Made by a program: the position numbers and the translations under genes
Shown here: in pieces, positions 1 to 9,644 of the stretch
Layout: each line of letters begins with the position of its first letter
How positions within the stretch are numbered: the stretch's first letter is position 1
Source: a bacterium
Lineage (GTDB): Bacteria; Bacteroidota; Bacteroidia; Bacteroidales; Marinilabiliaceae
Direction of reading: 5' to 3'
Assembly: GCA_963620665.1 (NCBI GenBank)
Contig: CAVFBA010000006.1
Coordinates: forward strand, 2,083-66,082
Length of the DNA: 64,000 nt
Notes under the pieces: generated by a model
What the model was told of the DNA's origin: nothing
What the model saw: the letters and a program-made list of their open reading frames with translations, nothing else
Database searches by the model: none

Positions 1-177
1 ATGGCACGACGCATCCTCGGCATAGCACGTCAGAACGTCGTATTCGCCATAGGCATCAAGGTTGTCGTGCTTATCCTCGCCACAATCGGCATAGCGGGCA
101 TGGGTCTGGCGGTGTTCGCCGATGTCGGGGTGACGATCCTCGCCGTGCTCAACGCCATGCGTGCGCTACGTGCCTGA
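1..177 (+). CDS. C-terminal fragment of a heavy-metal-translocating P-type (P1B) ATPase; 5' end lies outside the window
   Basis: Frame 1 is open from base 1 to TGA at 175-177. The translation MARRILGIARQNVVFAIGIKVVVLILATIGIAGMGLAVFADVGVTILAVLNAMRALRA looks like the last two TM helices of CadA/ZntA/CopA-type pumps. A Fur-family gene lies adjacent. Confidence 0.6.
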   Translation: MARRILGIARQNVVFAIGIKVVVLILATIGIAGMGLAVFADVGVTILAVLNAMRALRA

Positions 178-187
178 CGCCGCACGC

Positions 188-613
188 CTAATCGCCCTTG
201 GCCGCGCAATGGGGGCATACTCCTTTCACAATGTAGGTTATGCTCTCCATGGCGTAGCCCTCGGGCAGGCCTATCGCCGGTATCATGACTCCCGGCAGGC
301 ACTCCATACGGTGGCATCGTCGACAGTAGAAGTGAACGTGCAAGTCGTCGTCGTCGCCCTCGCCATGATGCGTGCACATCTCATAGTGAAGCACGCCCGT
401 CTCGTCCTCTATCACGTGCACCAGCCGCCGCTCCCTGAACAACGTCAACGCTCGGAAAATGTTGCTCTTATCGACCGTCTCCAGCATACCCTCAATATCC
501 CCCAGGCACAACGGACGCACAGCCTCGCTCAGCACACGCGCCACCATCAACCTGTTGCCCGTGGGCTTCACCCCGTGCTCCGCAAGAGCCCTCTCAATGT
601 CTATCCGCCCCAT
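188..613 (-). CDS. Fur family metalloregulator (Fur/Zur/PerR type)
   Basis: 141 aa with a winged-helix N-terminus (RLMVARVL...FRALTLFRERRLV), the HHGEGDDDDLHVHFYCRRC metal-site motif and a C-terminal CPHC. Confidence 0.85.
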   Translation of the reverse strand: MGRIDIERALAEHGVKPTGNRLMVARVLSEAVRPLCLGDIEGMLETVDKSNIFRALTLFRERRLVHVIEDETGVLHYEMCTHHGEGDDDDLHVHFYCRRCHRMECLPGVMIPAIGLPEGYAMESITYIVKGVCPHCAAKGD

Positions 614-617
614 GCCT

Positions 618-1520
618 CTACCCTACACTATTGGCATACTCGGTAGGAGTCAAACCCGTCTCCTTCTTGAAAAAACGTACAAAGTGCTGAGGATACTGAA
701 AACCAAGTGAATAGGCCGTACCCTTCACCGTGGCCATCGGCTCCACCATCCGGCTCTTAGCCAAGGTCACAACCTTTCGGTTTATCAACTCCTTAGGGTT
801 CAACCCGGTCTGTCGCTTCACCATGTCACCAAAGTAATTAGCCGTAAGGCATATCTTGTCAGCGAAATACGATACCGTCGGCAACCCCTCACTCTCCGCC
901 CGTCCCTCCTCGAAATAACTGTCAAGCAACGTCTCAAACCTGCTCACCGCATCACGGTTCAACGTCTCACGACTCGCAAACTGACGCTCATAAAACCGCA
1001 AACAATAGTCCAGCAACACCTCGATATGCCCCACGATTATCCTCCGCGACACACGGTCATGCTCCCTCCCGGCCTCCTCCTCTATCGCGCCAAGACACTC
1101 ACGTACCTTAGCTCGCTCCTCCGAGCTCGGATGCAACGCCTCGTTACTCGAATACGCAAAATAACCATACTCCCTCATCCGCCGCTCCAAATCCGTACCA
1201 TGCAGCAAATCAGGGTGAAACAACAAACCCACCATACTCGGCCTGCTACCCGCCACAGGCGACACCGTGACCGTCTGACCAGGCGCGAAACTCGTTATCG
1301 CCCCCTCGTCATAGTCATACTCCGTACGCCCATAGTTTATCACGCAACTCTTCGTGTTCTTCAAAAACAACGCATAAAAACCATAATTCACCCTATACTC
1401 CTCTTCCTTCACACCTCCCATACCATCCGACCGAACCACCGCCACCAACGGGTCATGCGGCTTCCCATATCCCATGAACCCCATGAATTCCTCTATCCGC
1501 TTAGCATCCAACTCTTTCAT
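618..1520 (-). CDS. AraC family transcriptional regulator
   Basis: C-terminal double HTH (LTANYFGDMVKRQTGLNPKELINRKV ... GFQYPQHFVRFFKKETGLTPTEYA). Start moved to ATG at 1520 (MKELDAKRIEE) because a TATCTTTA -7 box sits at 1542-1549 on this strand. The ORF track extends to 1622. Confidence 0.8.
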   Translation of the reverse strand: MKELDAKRIEEFMGFMGYGKPHDPLVAVVRSDGMGGVKEEEYRVNYGFYALFLKNTKSCVINYGRTEYDYDEGAITSFAPGQTVTVSPVAGSRPSMVGLLFHPDLLHGTDLERRMREYGYFAYSSNEALHPSSEERAKVRECLGAIEEEAGREHDRVSRRIIVGHIEVLLDYCLRFYERQFASRETLNRDAVSRFETLLDSYFEEGRAESEGLPTVSYFADKICLTANYFGDMVKRQTGLNPKELINRKVVTLAKSRMVEPMATVKGTAYSLGFQYPQHFVRFFKKETGLTPTEYANSVG

Positions 1521-1541
1521 GTCTTCTTCTATATTTTGCCC

Positions 1542-1549
1542 TAAAGATA
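1542..1549 (-). promoter_or_regulatory. Bacteroidota -7 promoter box (TATCTTTA) for the araC-fur transcript
   Basis: Reverse complement of taaagata, 22 nt upstream of ATG 1520. Near match to the TAnnTTTG consensus. Confidence 0.4.
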
Positions 1550-1632
1550 ACTCTTCTTCCCCAAGTAACACACACACCACAACTCCACTCAAAAAACATC
1601 CCACAAACACCTCACGTCTCACCTTTTATCCC

Positions 1633-1640
1633 TATCTTTG
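1633..1640 (+). promoter_or_regulatory. Bacteroidota -7 promoter box TATCTTTG upstream of nfo
   Basis: Exact TAnnTTTG match, 28 nt upstream of ATG 1668. Confidence 0.5.
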
Positions 1641-1667
1641 AACTACAACCCACAATACGCACCCACC

Positions 1668-2513
1668 ATGAAATATATCGGAGCTCACGTCAGTGCCAAC
1701 GGAGGCGTCCAATACGCCCCCATAAACGCCCACCAAATAAACGCCACCGCCTTCGCTCTATTCACCAAAAACCAACGTCAATGGCTCGCCAAAGACCTCG
1801 ACCAACTCGAAATCCAAGCCTTCAAAGATAACTGCGCGCAATTCCACTTCTCCCCAAAACAAATACTCCCACACGACAGCTACCTAATCAACCTCGGCAA
1901 CCCCGACAACCAAAAACGCCTTCAGTCCGTCAACTCCCTAATCCACGAGTCACGACGTTGCCACGCCCTCGGCCTCTCCATGCTCAACCTCCACCCAGGA
2001 AGCCACCTCAAAGAAACCGACCCGCACAACTGCCTCAACCTCATCGCCGATAGCCTCAACATCGTCCTGAGCGAGACCCAAGACGTCACTCTCGTCATCG
2101 AGAATACCGCCGGGCAAGGCTCCAACATGGGCTTCGCACTCTGGCATATAGCACACATCATCGAGAGGGTCAACGACACCTCACGCATCGGAGTATGTAT
2201 CGACACCTGCCATACCTTCGCCGCCGGCTACAACATAGCGTCACCCGAGGGCTACAACGACTTCTGGTCCGAATTCGACTCCCTCATAGGCCCGCAATAC
2301 CTGCGCGGCATGCACCTCAACGACTCCCTCAAACCACTCGCCTCTAAGGTCGACCGTCACGCACCACTCGGACAAGGCGCCATAGGCATCGACACATTCC
2401 GCCGACTAATACAAGACCCACGAACCGACAATATCCCACTCATCCTCGAAACCCCCGACGACTCCCTATGGCCCACCGAAATAAACACCCTCAAATCCTT
2501 TATCACACAATAA
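1668..2513 (+). CDS. nfo: Deoxyribonuclease IV (endonuclease IV)
   Basis: MKYIGAHVSANGG...LNLHPGSH...VIENTAGQGSN...CIDTCHTFAAGY...HLNDS is the Nfo/AP-endonuclease-2 signature set. The track start at 1638 is TTG and overlaps the promoter box, so ATG 1668 is preferred. Confidence 0.9.
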   Translation: MKYIGAHVSANGGVQYAPINAHQINATAFALFTKNQRQWLAKDLDQLEIQAFKDNCAQFHFSPKQILPHDSYLINLGNPDNQKRLQSVNSLIHESRRCHALGLSMLNLHPGSHLKETDPHNCLNLIADSLNIVLSETQDVTLVIENTAGQGSNMGFALWHIAHIIERVNDTSRIGVCIDTCHTFAAGYNIASPEGYNDFWSEFDSLIGPQYLRGMHLNDSLKPLASKVDRHAPLGQGAIGIDTFRRLIQDPRTDNIPLILETPDDSLWPTEINTLKSFITQ

Positions 2514-2517
2514 CGCC

Positions 2518-3117
2518 ATGCCTCGCGCAATCGCCTTCATAACTCTCCTCATAGCGGCATTCCTCATAGCTGGCCCCGCGGCGCATGCGCAAAACTCCCA
2601 CCGCAACGTTCTCGTCCGTGCACATATCATCAATGGCGACACCATCCCCGACGTCCGCCTCGGCGAAGTCCAAATACTCGCTCGAGCCAAGTTCAAAAAC
2701 GAACGACAGCGACGTAAATGGACCCGCTATGTCTACAACGTCAAAAAAGCTCTACCCTACGCCCGGCTTATAGCACGCGAGCTGACTTTCATCAACGACA
2801 CCCTCGCCATGCTCCAAACCCCCGAAGAACAACAAGCCTTCATCGACCGTAAAGAGGTCTACCTCTTCAAAAAATACGAAACCCGGCTCAAACACCTCAC
2901 CATAAAGCAAGGACGTATCCTAATCAAACTCGTCGACCGAGAGACAGGTCATACCAGCTACGAACTTATCCACACCCTCAAAGGCGGATTCAAAGCCTTC
3001 TGGTGGCAAGGAATAGCCTGCCTCTTCGGCTCTAACCTCAAGACGCACTACGACCCACTGGGCGAAGATAAAAACCTCGAGAACGTCGTCCTCCTAATCG
3101 ACCAAGGCTACTACTAA
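2518..3117 (+). CDS. DUF4294 family secreted protein
   Basis: Signal peptide (AFLIAGPAAHAQ), then KKALPYARLIAREL ... IKQGRILIKLVDRETGHTSYELI ... FKAFWWQ, a pattern I recognise from Bacteroidota DUF4294 proteins. Confidence 0.6.
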   Translation: MPRAIAFITLLIAAFLIAGPAAHAQNSHRNVLVRAHIINGDTIPDVRLGEVQILARAKFKNERQRRKWTRYVYNVKKALPYARLIARELTFINDTLAMLQTPEEQQAFIDRKEVYLFKKYETRLKHLTIKQGRILIKLVDRETGHTSYELIHTLKGGFKAFWWQGIACLFGSNLKTHYDPLGEDKNLENVVLLIDQGYY

Positions 3118-3121
3118 ACAC

Positions 3122-4273
3122 ATGCCCCGCCTGCTCGCTCTCCTAATCCTACTCCTCACACCCCTCCACGCCCGCCCACAGGCGCACGACACCATCCCAC
3201 TGCCCCTACGCGCCGCCAACAACGTAATTCAACTGGCAGAGTCAATCCTCGACGCCCTGACCATCACACAACCCAAACTCTCACTCGCCCTATACCCCGC
3301 CGCCGCCTACTCCTCTCGCTCCGGACTCGCCATAGGCATAATGCCCATGCTCCAGCTACACACAGCTCGCCTGCCACGTCCCATAACCATAACCCCATCC
3401 GCCCTCGTCTCCACTAAACGCATGTTCCAAATACAATGCGACGCCGACCTGTTCTTCAACAATAACCTCGACCTGACCCTCAAATTCGAGTCCCAACACC
3501 AACCCGACGACCTCTACACCATCGGCAACCAATCTCACAAACTCCCCATAGCTCAATACAACTACCGACGACAACTACTCACCGCCGACCTCCTCAAAGG
3601 ACTCAACCGCCTCCCGACTCTCCGACTCGGACTGTCACTCGACTTCGACCACTACTCATTCTCCAACATCTCCCCCACCCCATCCGACTCACTGACCGCC
3701 CTCTCCCTCACCACATCCTCCGCCGGCCATAACCTCGGCATAGGACTAACACTCGGCATAGACTCCCGCGACAATACCCTATCACCCTCACGAGGCTCAT
3801 TCTCCCGTCTGCGGCTCCTCGCCTACTCCCGACTGTCCCACGCCTCACCCTACGCCGCGCTATCCCTCGACGCCCGACGCTACCTCCCCATACGCTCCTC
3901 AGTCCTCGCACTCCATGCCTTCGCCGACATCCGTCTCGGACACGACATACCCTTCCCAAAACTCGCCACATGCGCCGGCACACGACTCGGACGCGCCATA
4001 GGCCACAACCTCAAATACCTCGACCGCGCCGCCTGGCTCGCGCAAGCCGAGTTCCGCGCCCCACTGTTCTGGCGCATAGGCGGCACACTATTCACCGCCG
4101 TAGGCAACGTCACTCACACACCCGCCACCCTCATCTCACACGTCCACCTGATGTGCGGTGCCGGACTGCGCCTCGCCGTGTTCCCAGGCAAAGGCCTCAA
4201 CCTACGACTCGACGCCGGACTGTCTCAACGCGGCGATAAGGCCATATACTTCAATATCCGCGAAGCATTCTAA
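3122..4273 (+). CDS. Omp85/BamA-TamA family outer-membrane beta-barrel protein (surface antigen D15-like)
   Basis: Signal peptide, alternating amphipathic beta-strand pattern, GIDSRDNTLSPSRG and the DARRYLP motif typical of the D15 barrel domain. The C-terminus ends in aromatic F. Confidence 0.55.
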   Translation: MPRLLALLILLLTPLHARPQAHDTIPLPLRAANNVIQLAESILDALTITQPKLSLALYPAAAYSSRSGLAIGIMPMLQLHTARLPRPITITPSALVSTKRMFQIQCDADLFFNNNLDLTLKFESQHQPDDLYTIGNQSHKLPIAQYNYRRQLLTADLLKGLNRLPTLRLGLSLDFDHYSFSNISPTPSDSLTALSLTTSSAGHNLGIGLTLGIDSRDNTLSPSRGSFSRLRLLAYSRLSHASPYAALSLDARRYLPIRSSVLALHAFADIRLGHDIPFPKLATCAGTRLGRAIGHNLKYLDRAAWLAQAEFRAPLFWRIGGTLFTAVGNVTHTPATLISHVHLMCGAGLRLAVFPGKGLNLRLDAGLSQRGDKAIYFNIREAF

Positions 4274-4308
4274 CCTCACCACCACGACAACCCCAAAATG
4301 GGGCTTAT

Positions 4309-4374
4309 ATGCTCCTTGCATGCTCCGTGCATGCTCCAACAATGCTACAACAATGCTCCGCGGATGCTACACAA
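4309..4374 (+). repeat. Six tandem 11-bp units carrying the heptamer ATGCT(C/A)C
   Basis: Units are atgctccttgc, atgctccgtgc, atgctccaaca, atgctacaaca, atgctccgcgg and atgctacacaa. They are contiguous with an exact 11-bp period. Confidence 0.9.
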
Positions 4375-4726
4375 CTCAACACCGCTCTCTCGTAAAACAA
4401 CAAATGGCTCTCCACGACAATGTTTATGCGCCATTTTTACCACCTTTCTCCAAATATCCCCACACAACACCCTCCCACAACGCCCATCATACCGTCGTAT
4501 ACCCCACAATCGCCCTTTTTCGTCTCTCCTTGAAGTATAAACAATTTTCCCGCTATTTTCGGTCAATGTCAATTCTCCAATTCCTTCCTCTTTCCGCAAA
4601 TATCCCACCCCTCTCACCCTCCCGCAACGCCCATTCCACAGTCGTATGAGTGACGAACGCCATCTCCCGCCATCCCTTAGCCTTTCTCCAAACACGTCCC
4701 CTCTTGCGCATTCCGCCTTTAATCCC

Positions 4727-4734
4727 TATCTTTA
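4727..4734 (+). promoter_or_regulatory. -7 promoter box TATCTTTA upstream of sdaA
   Basis: Near-consensus TAnnTTTG, 24 nt upstream of ATG 4758. Confidence 0.4.
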
Positions 4735-4757
4735 TTCCACACTAACCCCCACCCACA

Positions 4758-5969
4758 ATGAAGAGCATCAAAGAGATTTTCCGCATCGGCAATGGCCCCT
4801 CAAGCAGCCACACCATGGGCCCACGTCGTGCCGCCGAGCTGTTCCTCGAACGCCACCCCGACGCCCGGCACTTCGAGGTGACCCTCTACGGCAGCCTCGC
4901 CGCGACAGGACGTGGACACCTCACCGACCGTGCCATCCTCGAAGCCCTGTCGCCCTCCGCCCCCACCAACATCCTATGGCACCCCGAGACAATCCTCCCA
5001 TTCCACACCAACGGCATGGACTTCAAAGCCTTCGACGCCAATAACAACCCAATCGACTCATGGCGTGTATACAGCATCGGGGGCGGAGCTCTTAGCGACG
5101 GCTCCCAATCCGGTGGACAATGGCAACCACCCGACATATACCCTCTGACACACATGACCGACATCATCCACTGGTGCAGCCACACCGGCAAAAGTTACTG
5201 GGAGTACGTCAACGACTACGAAGACCACGACCTCTGGGACTACCTCGCACAAGTATGGGACGCCATGAAATCCGCCATACACAACGGCCTCGAGAACGAG
5301 GGCGTCCTCCCAGGCCCTCTCCACCTCCGACGCAAAGCCTCAGCCTACTTCTACCGCTCCAGCGGCTCCAAACCCAACCTCCAGAGCCGTGGCCTCGTCT
5401 TCGCCTACGCTCTCGCCGTGAGCGAGGAAAACGCCGGCGGTGGGCGCATCGTGACAGCACCAACATGCGGCTCTTGTGGCGTACTGCCCGCCGTACTCTA
5501 CCACCTCGCCAAAACCCGCGACTTCTCCGACACCCGCATCATGCGAGCACTCGCCACCGCCGGACTAATAGGCAACATCGTCAAAGAAAATGCCTCAATA
5601 GCCGGTGCAGAAGTCGGATGCCAAGGCGAAGTGGGCGTAGCTTGCGCAATGGCCGCCGCAGCCGCCAACCAACTATTCGGTGGCAGCACAACGCAAATAG
5701 AATACGCCGCCGAGATGGGTCTCGAACACCACCTCGGCATGACCTGCGACCCCGTTTGCGGCATGGTCCAAATACCCTGCATCGAGCGCAACGCCTACGC
5801 CGCCGCTCGAGCCCTCGACGTCAACCTCTACTCCACATTCTCCGACGGACGGCACCGCATATCCTTCGACCATGTCGTAGAGGTTATGAAACAAACAGGC
5901 CACGACCTGCCCTCACTCTACAAAGAGACAAGCGAAGGAGGGCTCGCCAAAGTCGAAATAGACGACTGA
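4758..5969 (+). CDS. sdaA: L-serine ammonia-lyase (iron-sulfur dependent, single chain)
   Basis: N-terminal [15 protein letters not shown] plus [10 protein letters not shown] and [16 protein letters not shown] cluster-binding motifs. Confidence 0.9.
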   Translation: MKSIKEIFRIGNGPSSSHTMGPRRAAELFLERHPDARHFEVTLYGSLAATGRGHLTDRAILEALSPSAPTNILWHPETILPFHTNGMDFKAFDANNNPIDSWRVYSIGGGALSDGSQSGGQWQPPDIYPLTHMTDIIHWCSHTGKSYWEYVNDYEDHDLWDYLAQVWDAMKSAIHNGLENEGVLPGPLHLRRKASAYFYRSSGSKPNLQSRGLVFAYALAVSEENAGGGRIVTAPTCGSCGVLPAVLYHLAKTRDFSDTRIMRALATAGLIGNIVKENASIAGAEVGCQGEVGVACAMAAAAANQLFGGSTTQIEYAAEMGLEHHLGMTCDPVCGMVQIPCIERNAYAAARALDVNLYSTFSDGRHRISFDHVVEVMKQTGHDLPSLYKETSEGGLAKVEIDD

Positions 5970-6061
5970 CACCCCACCACACTCCCCAATATCGCCTATT
6001 TCACACATATTTTCGTTAACTTTGCGTGTTTGGCATCGTCGCCAATCTCTCAACTTAACCA

Positions 6062-7387
6062 ATGGATATCCTCGTCATAATCCTTCAGCTCCTCCTTAGC
6101 CTCTCCATCCTCGTCATAACCCACGAGGCAGGACACTTCACCTTCGCCAAACTCTTCGGCATTAAAGTCGAAAAGTTCTACCTCTTCTTCGACCCCTGGT
6201 TCTCGCTCTTCAAATTCAAAAAAGGCGACACCGAATACGGCATAGGATGGATCCCTCTCGGCGGATACGTCAAGATTGCTGGCATGGTCGACGAATCCAT
6301 GGACACCGACCAACTCAAGCAACCTATGCAGCCATGGGAGTTCCGTGCCAAACCCGCTTGGCAACGACTGCTCGTCATGGTAGGTGGCGTGCTCGTCAAC
6401 CTCATAACAGCGCCCATCATCTTCTGGCTCCTCGCCTACTCCTACGGCGACACCTACCTCCCCCTATCACAAGCACGCTACGGATTCGAATTCGGCGACG
6501 CCCTGAAATCAGTAGGATTCCACGATGGCGACTACATCGTCGGCATAAACGGAAACCCCGCCGAAGCCTACAAAGACGTGGCTAACCCCATTATCTTCGA
6601 CGACACATGCTCCGTCGACATCATCCGCAACGGCAACCCTCTCTCCATAAAACTCCCACACGAGTTCTTCCGCACCATCCTCAAGGGCGACGGCAACCAG
6701 GCGCTGTTCTCGTTCCGCACCCCCGTCGTCGTCGACTCCATTCTCCCTGGCAGCCCCGCCGAGCAATACGGCCTACTACGAGGCGACTCCGTCACACAAG
6801 TGGCCAACATCCCCAACCCCTCATTCTCACGCTTCTTAGCCACCCTCGACAGCCTCAAAGGGCAGCCCACGCAAATAATCGTTGTCCGCGCCACAGGCAA
6901 CACCGACACTCTCAACGTCAACGTCAGCAACTCCGGACGACTCGGTTTCTACGCATACCCTCCCTCACGATGGTTTCAGACCAAGACACGCCACTACTCC
7001 CTCCTCGAAGCCATCCCCGCCGGCATAACCAAGGGCAAAGACCTGCTCGTCAACTACTGCAAGCAGATCCCTATGCTCTTCACCCGCGAAGGAGCTACCA
7101 AAGTAGGCGGTTTCGGCACAATAGCCAAGATGTTCCCAACATCATGGAACTGGCAAGCCTTCTGGTTCAACACAGCTTTCCTCGCCATAATTCTCGCCGT
7201 GATGAACATCCTACCCATTCCAGCTCTCGACGGCGGCCACGTGCTCTTCCTCCTCATAGAGGTCATAACAGGACGAAAGGTCAGCGACAAAGTGCTCGAA
7301 GTGGCGCAAACAATAGGCATGATACTACTCCTCGCTCTCGTGCTATACGCCAACGGGGCGGACATCGTGCGAGCCCTAATCGACTAA
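6062..7387 (+). CDS. rseP: RIP (site-2) zinc metalloprotease RseP
   Basis: HEAGHF zinc motif in TM1, a central PDZ-like region, and the C-terminal NILPIPALDGGH motif. Confidence 0.9.
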   Translation: MDILVIILQLLLSLSILVITHEAGHFTFAKLFGIKVEKFYLFFDPWFSLFKFKKGDTEYGIGWIPLGGYVKIAGMVDESMDTDQLKQPMQPWEFRAKPAWQRLLVMVGGVLVNLITAPIIFWLLAYSYGDTYLPLSQARYGFEFGDALKSVGFHDGDYIVGINGNPAEAYKDVANPIIFDDTCSVDIIRNGNPLSIKLPHEFFRTILKGDGNQALFSFRTPVVVDSILPGSPAEQYGLLRGDSVTQVANIPNPSFSRFLATLDSLKGQPTQIIVVRATGNTDTLNVNVSNSGRLGFYAYPPSRWFQTKTRHYSLLEAIPAGITKGKDLLVNYCKQIPMLFTREGATKVGGFGTIAKMFPTSWNWQAFWFNTAFLAIILAVMNILPIPALDGGHVLFLLIEVITGRKVSDKVLEVAQTIGMILLLALVLYANGADIVRALID

Positions 7388-7397
7388 CAAACCGGCA

Positions 7398-8594
7398 ATG
7401 ACCCCCAAAGGCTCCTCACACTGGCATCTCTGCCTCCTCATGCTGGCGGGAGTCCTATTGCTGTCATCTCTACTCCCCACCACCGCCTCCGCGCAAGGAC
7501 TCGGCACAAACCCCCAAGTGCCCGACTACATCTACGCGCGCCGCATGGAGAAGCTCGACCAGCAAAGCCCCATAACACTCGAGTACAACACCCAAGTAAG
7601 GGCATACATAGACGTCTACCTCGTCCGACGACGCGACCACCTCGCCAACATCATAGCCCGCTCCGAACTCTACTTCCCCATATTCGAGGAGTATCTCAGC
7701 AAATACAACCTGCCACAAGAACTTAAATACCTCGCCGTGATAGAAAGCGCGCTCGACCCAAAAGCCATATCCAAATCGGGAGCAATGGGGCTATGGCAGT
7801 TCCTCTACCACGCCGGGCTTATGATGGACCTCAACGTCACAAGCTACGAAGACGACCGTTGCGACGTGCGCAAGAGCACCGACGCCGCATGCCGCTACCT
7901 GAAATACCTCTACCAGAACCTCGGCGACTGGCAACTCGCGCTCGCCGCATACAACGGCGGTCTCGGACAAGTGCAAAAGGCACAGCAACGTGCCGGGGCA
8001 GACAAAAAAAACTTCTGGCAACTAAGCCCCTACCTCACCCCCGAGATGCGCTCCTACGTGCCTGCCTTCATCGCCGTGAACTACGTCATGAACTACTACA
8101 AGCTGCACAACATAACACCTGCCATCCCAACCTTCACTATCGACGACATAGACACCGTCTACGTCAACATGTCGCTCTCTTTCGACCAGATAAGCCGAGC
8201 CTCGGGCGTGAAACGAGACGTGCTGCAACAGCTCAACCCACAATACGTCAAGGACTTCATCCCCTACGACGACACCCCGCGCCGCCTGACACTGCCACGC
8301 GCCAACATCAGCCGATTCCTGCGCAATGAACGACAGCTGCGACCCGACACCGAGCCAGACCTCACAGGCTACTTCGGCAACGTCATAATACGACGCGACA
8401 CCATAACACACCTCGTGGAGAAAGGAGACTACCTCCACAAGATAGCCATGCGCTACCACCTCACAGTGGCGCAAATCATGGAGTGGAACAACATGACGAC
8501 TAAGGACGTCAAGATAGGCCAGCGGCTCACGATAATATTCGACCGCGAGATATCACCATTCTTCTTCGTGGTCAACGAATTGGCAATGAAATAA
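7398..8594 (+). CDS. Lytic murein transglycosylase (MltD-like) with a C-terminal LysM domain
   Basis: SLT catalytic signature (VIESALDPKAISKSGAMGLWQF ... AAYNGG) and LysM (HLVEKGDYLHKIAMRYHLTVAQIMEWNN). Signal peptide present. Confidence 0.85.
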   Translation: MTPKGSSHWHLCLLMLAGVLLLSSLLPTTASAQGLGTNPQVPDYIYARRMEKLDQQSPITLEYNTQVRAYIDVYLVRRRDHLANIIARSELYFPIFEEYLSKYNLPQELKYLAVIESALDPKAISKSGAMGLWQFLYHAGLMMDLNVTSYEDDRCDVRKSTDAACRYLKYLYQNLGDWQLALAAYNGGLGQVQKAQQRAGADKKNFWQLSPYLTPEMRSYVPAFIAVNYVMNYYKLHNITPAIPTFTIDDIDTVYVNMSLSFDQISRASGVKRDVLQQLNPQYVKDFIPYDDTPRRLTLPRANISRFLRNERQLRPDTEPDLTGYFGNVIIRRDTITHLVEKGDYLHKIAMRYHLTVAQIMEWNNMTTKDVKIGQRLTIIFDREISPFFFVVNELAMK

Positions 8595-8608
8595 CACAAC
8601 AGAGAGAA

Positions 8609-9622
8609 ATGTCTATACGCTACACACTCATGCTCGCCACCATGGCGGGACTCGCCACCCTCACGGGATGCAAGAAGACCCTCGACCAGGCCTTCAAGGC
8701 ACAAGCCACAGGCCGTGCGGGCGAGATTCTCGTCGTGATGCAAGACGCGCACAAGACCGACACCGCGGGACTTTACATGGAGAGCATGTTTGGCGACACA
8801 TACGCCGGGCTGCCCGCCGACGAGCCGATATTCGAGATGCACACCGTGGCACCCCCATTCTTCGACTACGAGATGCACAAGCTGCGCAACCTCGTCGTGG
8901 TCAGCATAGCCGACACCGTGACGACCGACACCGTGACTTTCGTGCGCGACGCATGGGCGCAGCCTCAGGCCGTGATGTACCTCAAAGCCAAGACACCACA
9001 GCGCGCAGCCGACGTGCTACGACGCAACCACATACGCGCCATATCCTATTTCGTGAAGGCGGAGCGCGACAGGCTGATAGGCTACTACACGAAGCATATC
9101 AACGCCAAGCTCATGGCACAGGTGCAGAAGCGGTGGGACGTGTCGATAACGATACCCAACGAGTATGACAAGTGCAACCCGGAGCATGCCGACAGCATCT
9201 CGTGGTTCTGCTGCGACACGCGCGAGTATCAGGATGGACTGATAATCTACACGTTCCCATATACCGGGGCGGAGTGCGTGAGCAAGGAGAGCTTGCTGAA
9301 CAGGCGCGACGTGGTGCTGCGCGCTAACGTGGGCGGGCCGTTCAACTCGGTGATGTGCACAGAGCGCAGGCCGCCGATGGACGAGGAGATAGTGTTTCAG
9401 CAGGGGACGTACAAGGGAGCGTTTGTGAGCGAGTTGAGGGGATTATGGCGCATGGAGGGCGCGGCGATGGGAGGGCCGTTCCTTATGCGGGCCGTGGTGG
9501 ATACGGCCAAGGCGCGTGTGATAGTGACCGACGGCTACGTGTTCTATCCCTCACGCGAGATGAAGAGAAACCATATACGGTCACTCGAGGCTATCATGTA
9601 TACCCTCAACCTGACTAAGTAA
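8609..9622 (+). CDS. DUF4837-like lipoprotein
   Basis: Lipobox LATLTGC, 337 aa. The overall pattern and the position directly upstream of pdxA match what I recall for Bacteroidota DUF4837. Family assignment is tentative. Confidence 0.5.
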   Translation: MSIRYTLMLATMAGLATLTGCKKTLDQAFKAQATGRAGEILVVMQDAHKTDTAGLYMESMFGDTYAGLPADEPIFEMHTVAPPFFDYEMHKLRNLVVVSIADTVTTDTVTFVRDAWAQPQAVMYLKAKTPQRAADVLRRNHIRAISYFVKAERDRLIGYYTKHINAKLMAQVQKRWDVSITIPNEYDKCNPEHADSISWFCCDTREYQDGLIIYTFPYTGAECVSKESLLNRRDVVLRANVGGPFNSVMCTERRPPMDEEIVFQQGTYKGAFVSELRGLWRMEGAAMGGPFLMRAVVDTAKARVIVTDGYVFYPSREMKRNHIRSLEAIMYTLNLTK

Positions 9623-9644
9623 ATAACGATAAGCATCAGACAAC

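Noticed and set aside
1638-1667. N-terminal extensions given by the ORF track for nfo (1638), the DUF4290 gene (13846), asnB (35928), dapA (55877), the coiled-coil lipoprotein (46361), the AraC gene (1622) and the beta-propeller gene (38359).
   Set aside because: The extensions start at non-ATG codons or upstream ATGs that overlap or precede TAnnTTTG promoter boxes. They also add residues absent from the conserved family N-termini (for example Cys2 of AsnB, MKYIGAH of Nfo). Downstream starts were chosen instead.
2966-2974. Perfect DnaA-box 9-mer TTATCCACA, considered in connection with the origin-like skew switch.
   Set aside because: It is a single box inside the DUF4294 coding sequence, about 6 kb from the switch. 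There is no cluster of boxes, no AT-rich DUE and no dnaA nearby. One occurrence is expected by chance.
4298-4540. Small Cys-rich ORFs crossing the 11-bp arrays (4298-4540 +; 49835-50107 - and 49926-50111 -), considered as possible small secreted or RiPP-like peptides.
   Set aside because: The homologous DNA copies are read in different frames with unrelated peptides, an 11-bp period cannot maintain a frame, and no start context or promoter box is present. Treated as non-coding repeat DNA.
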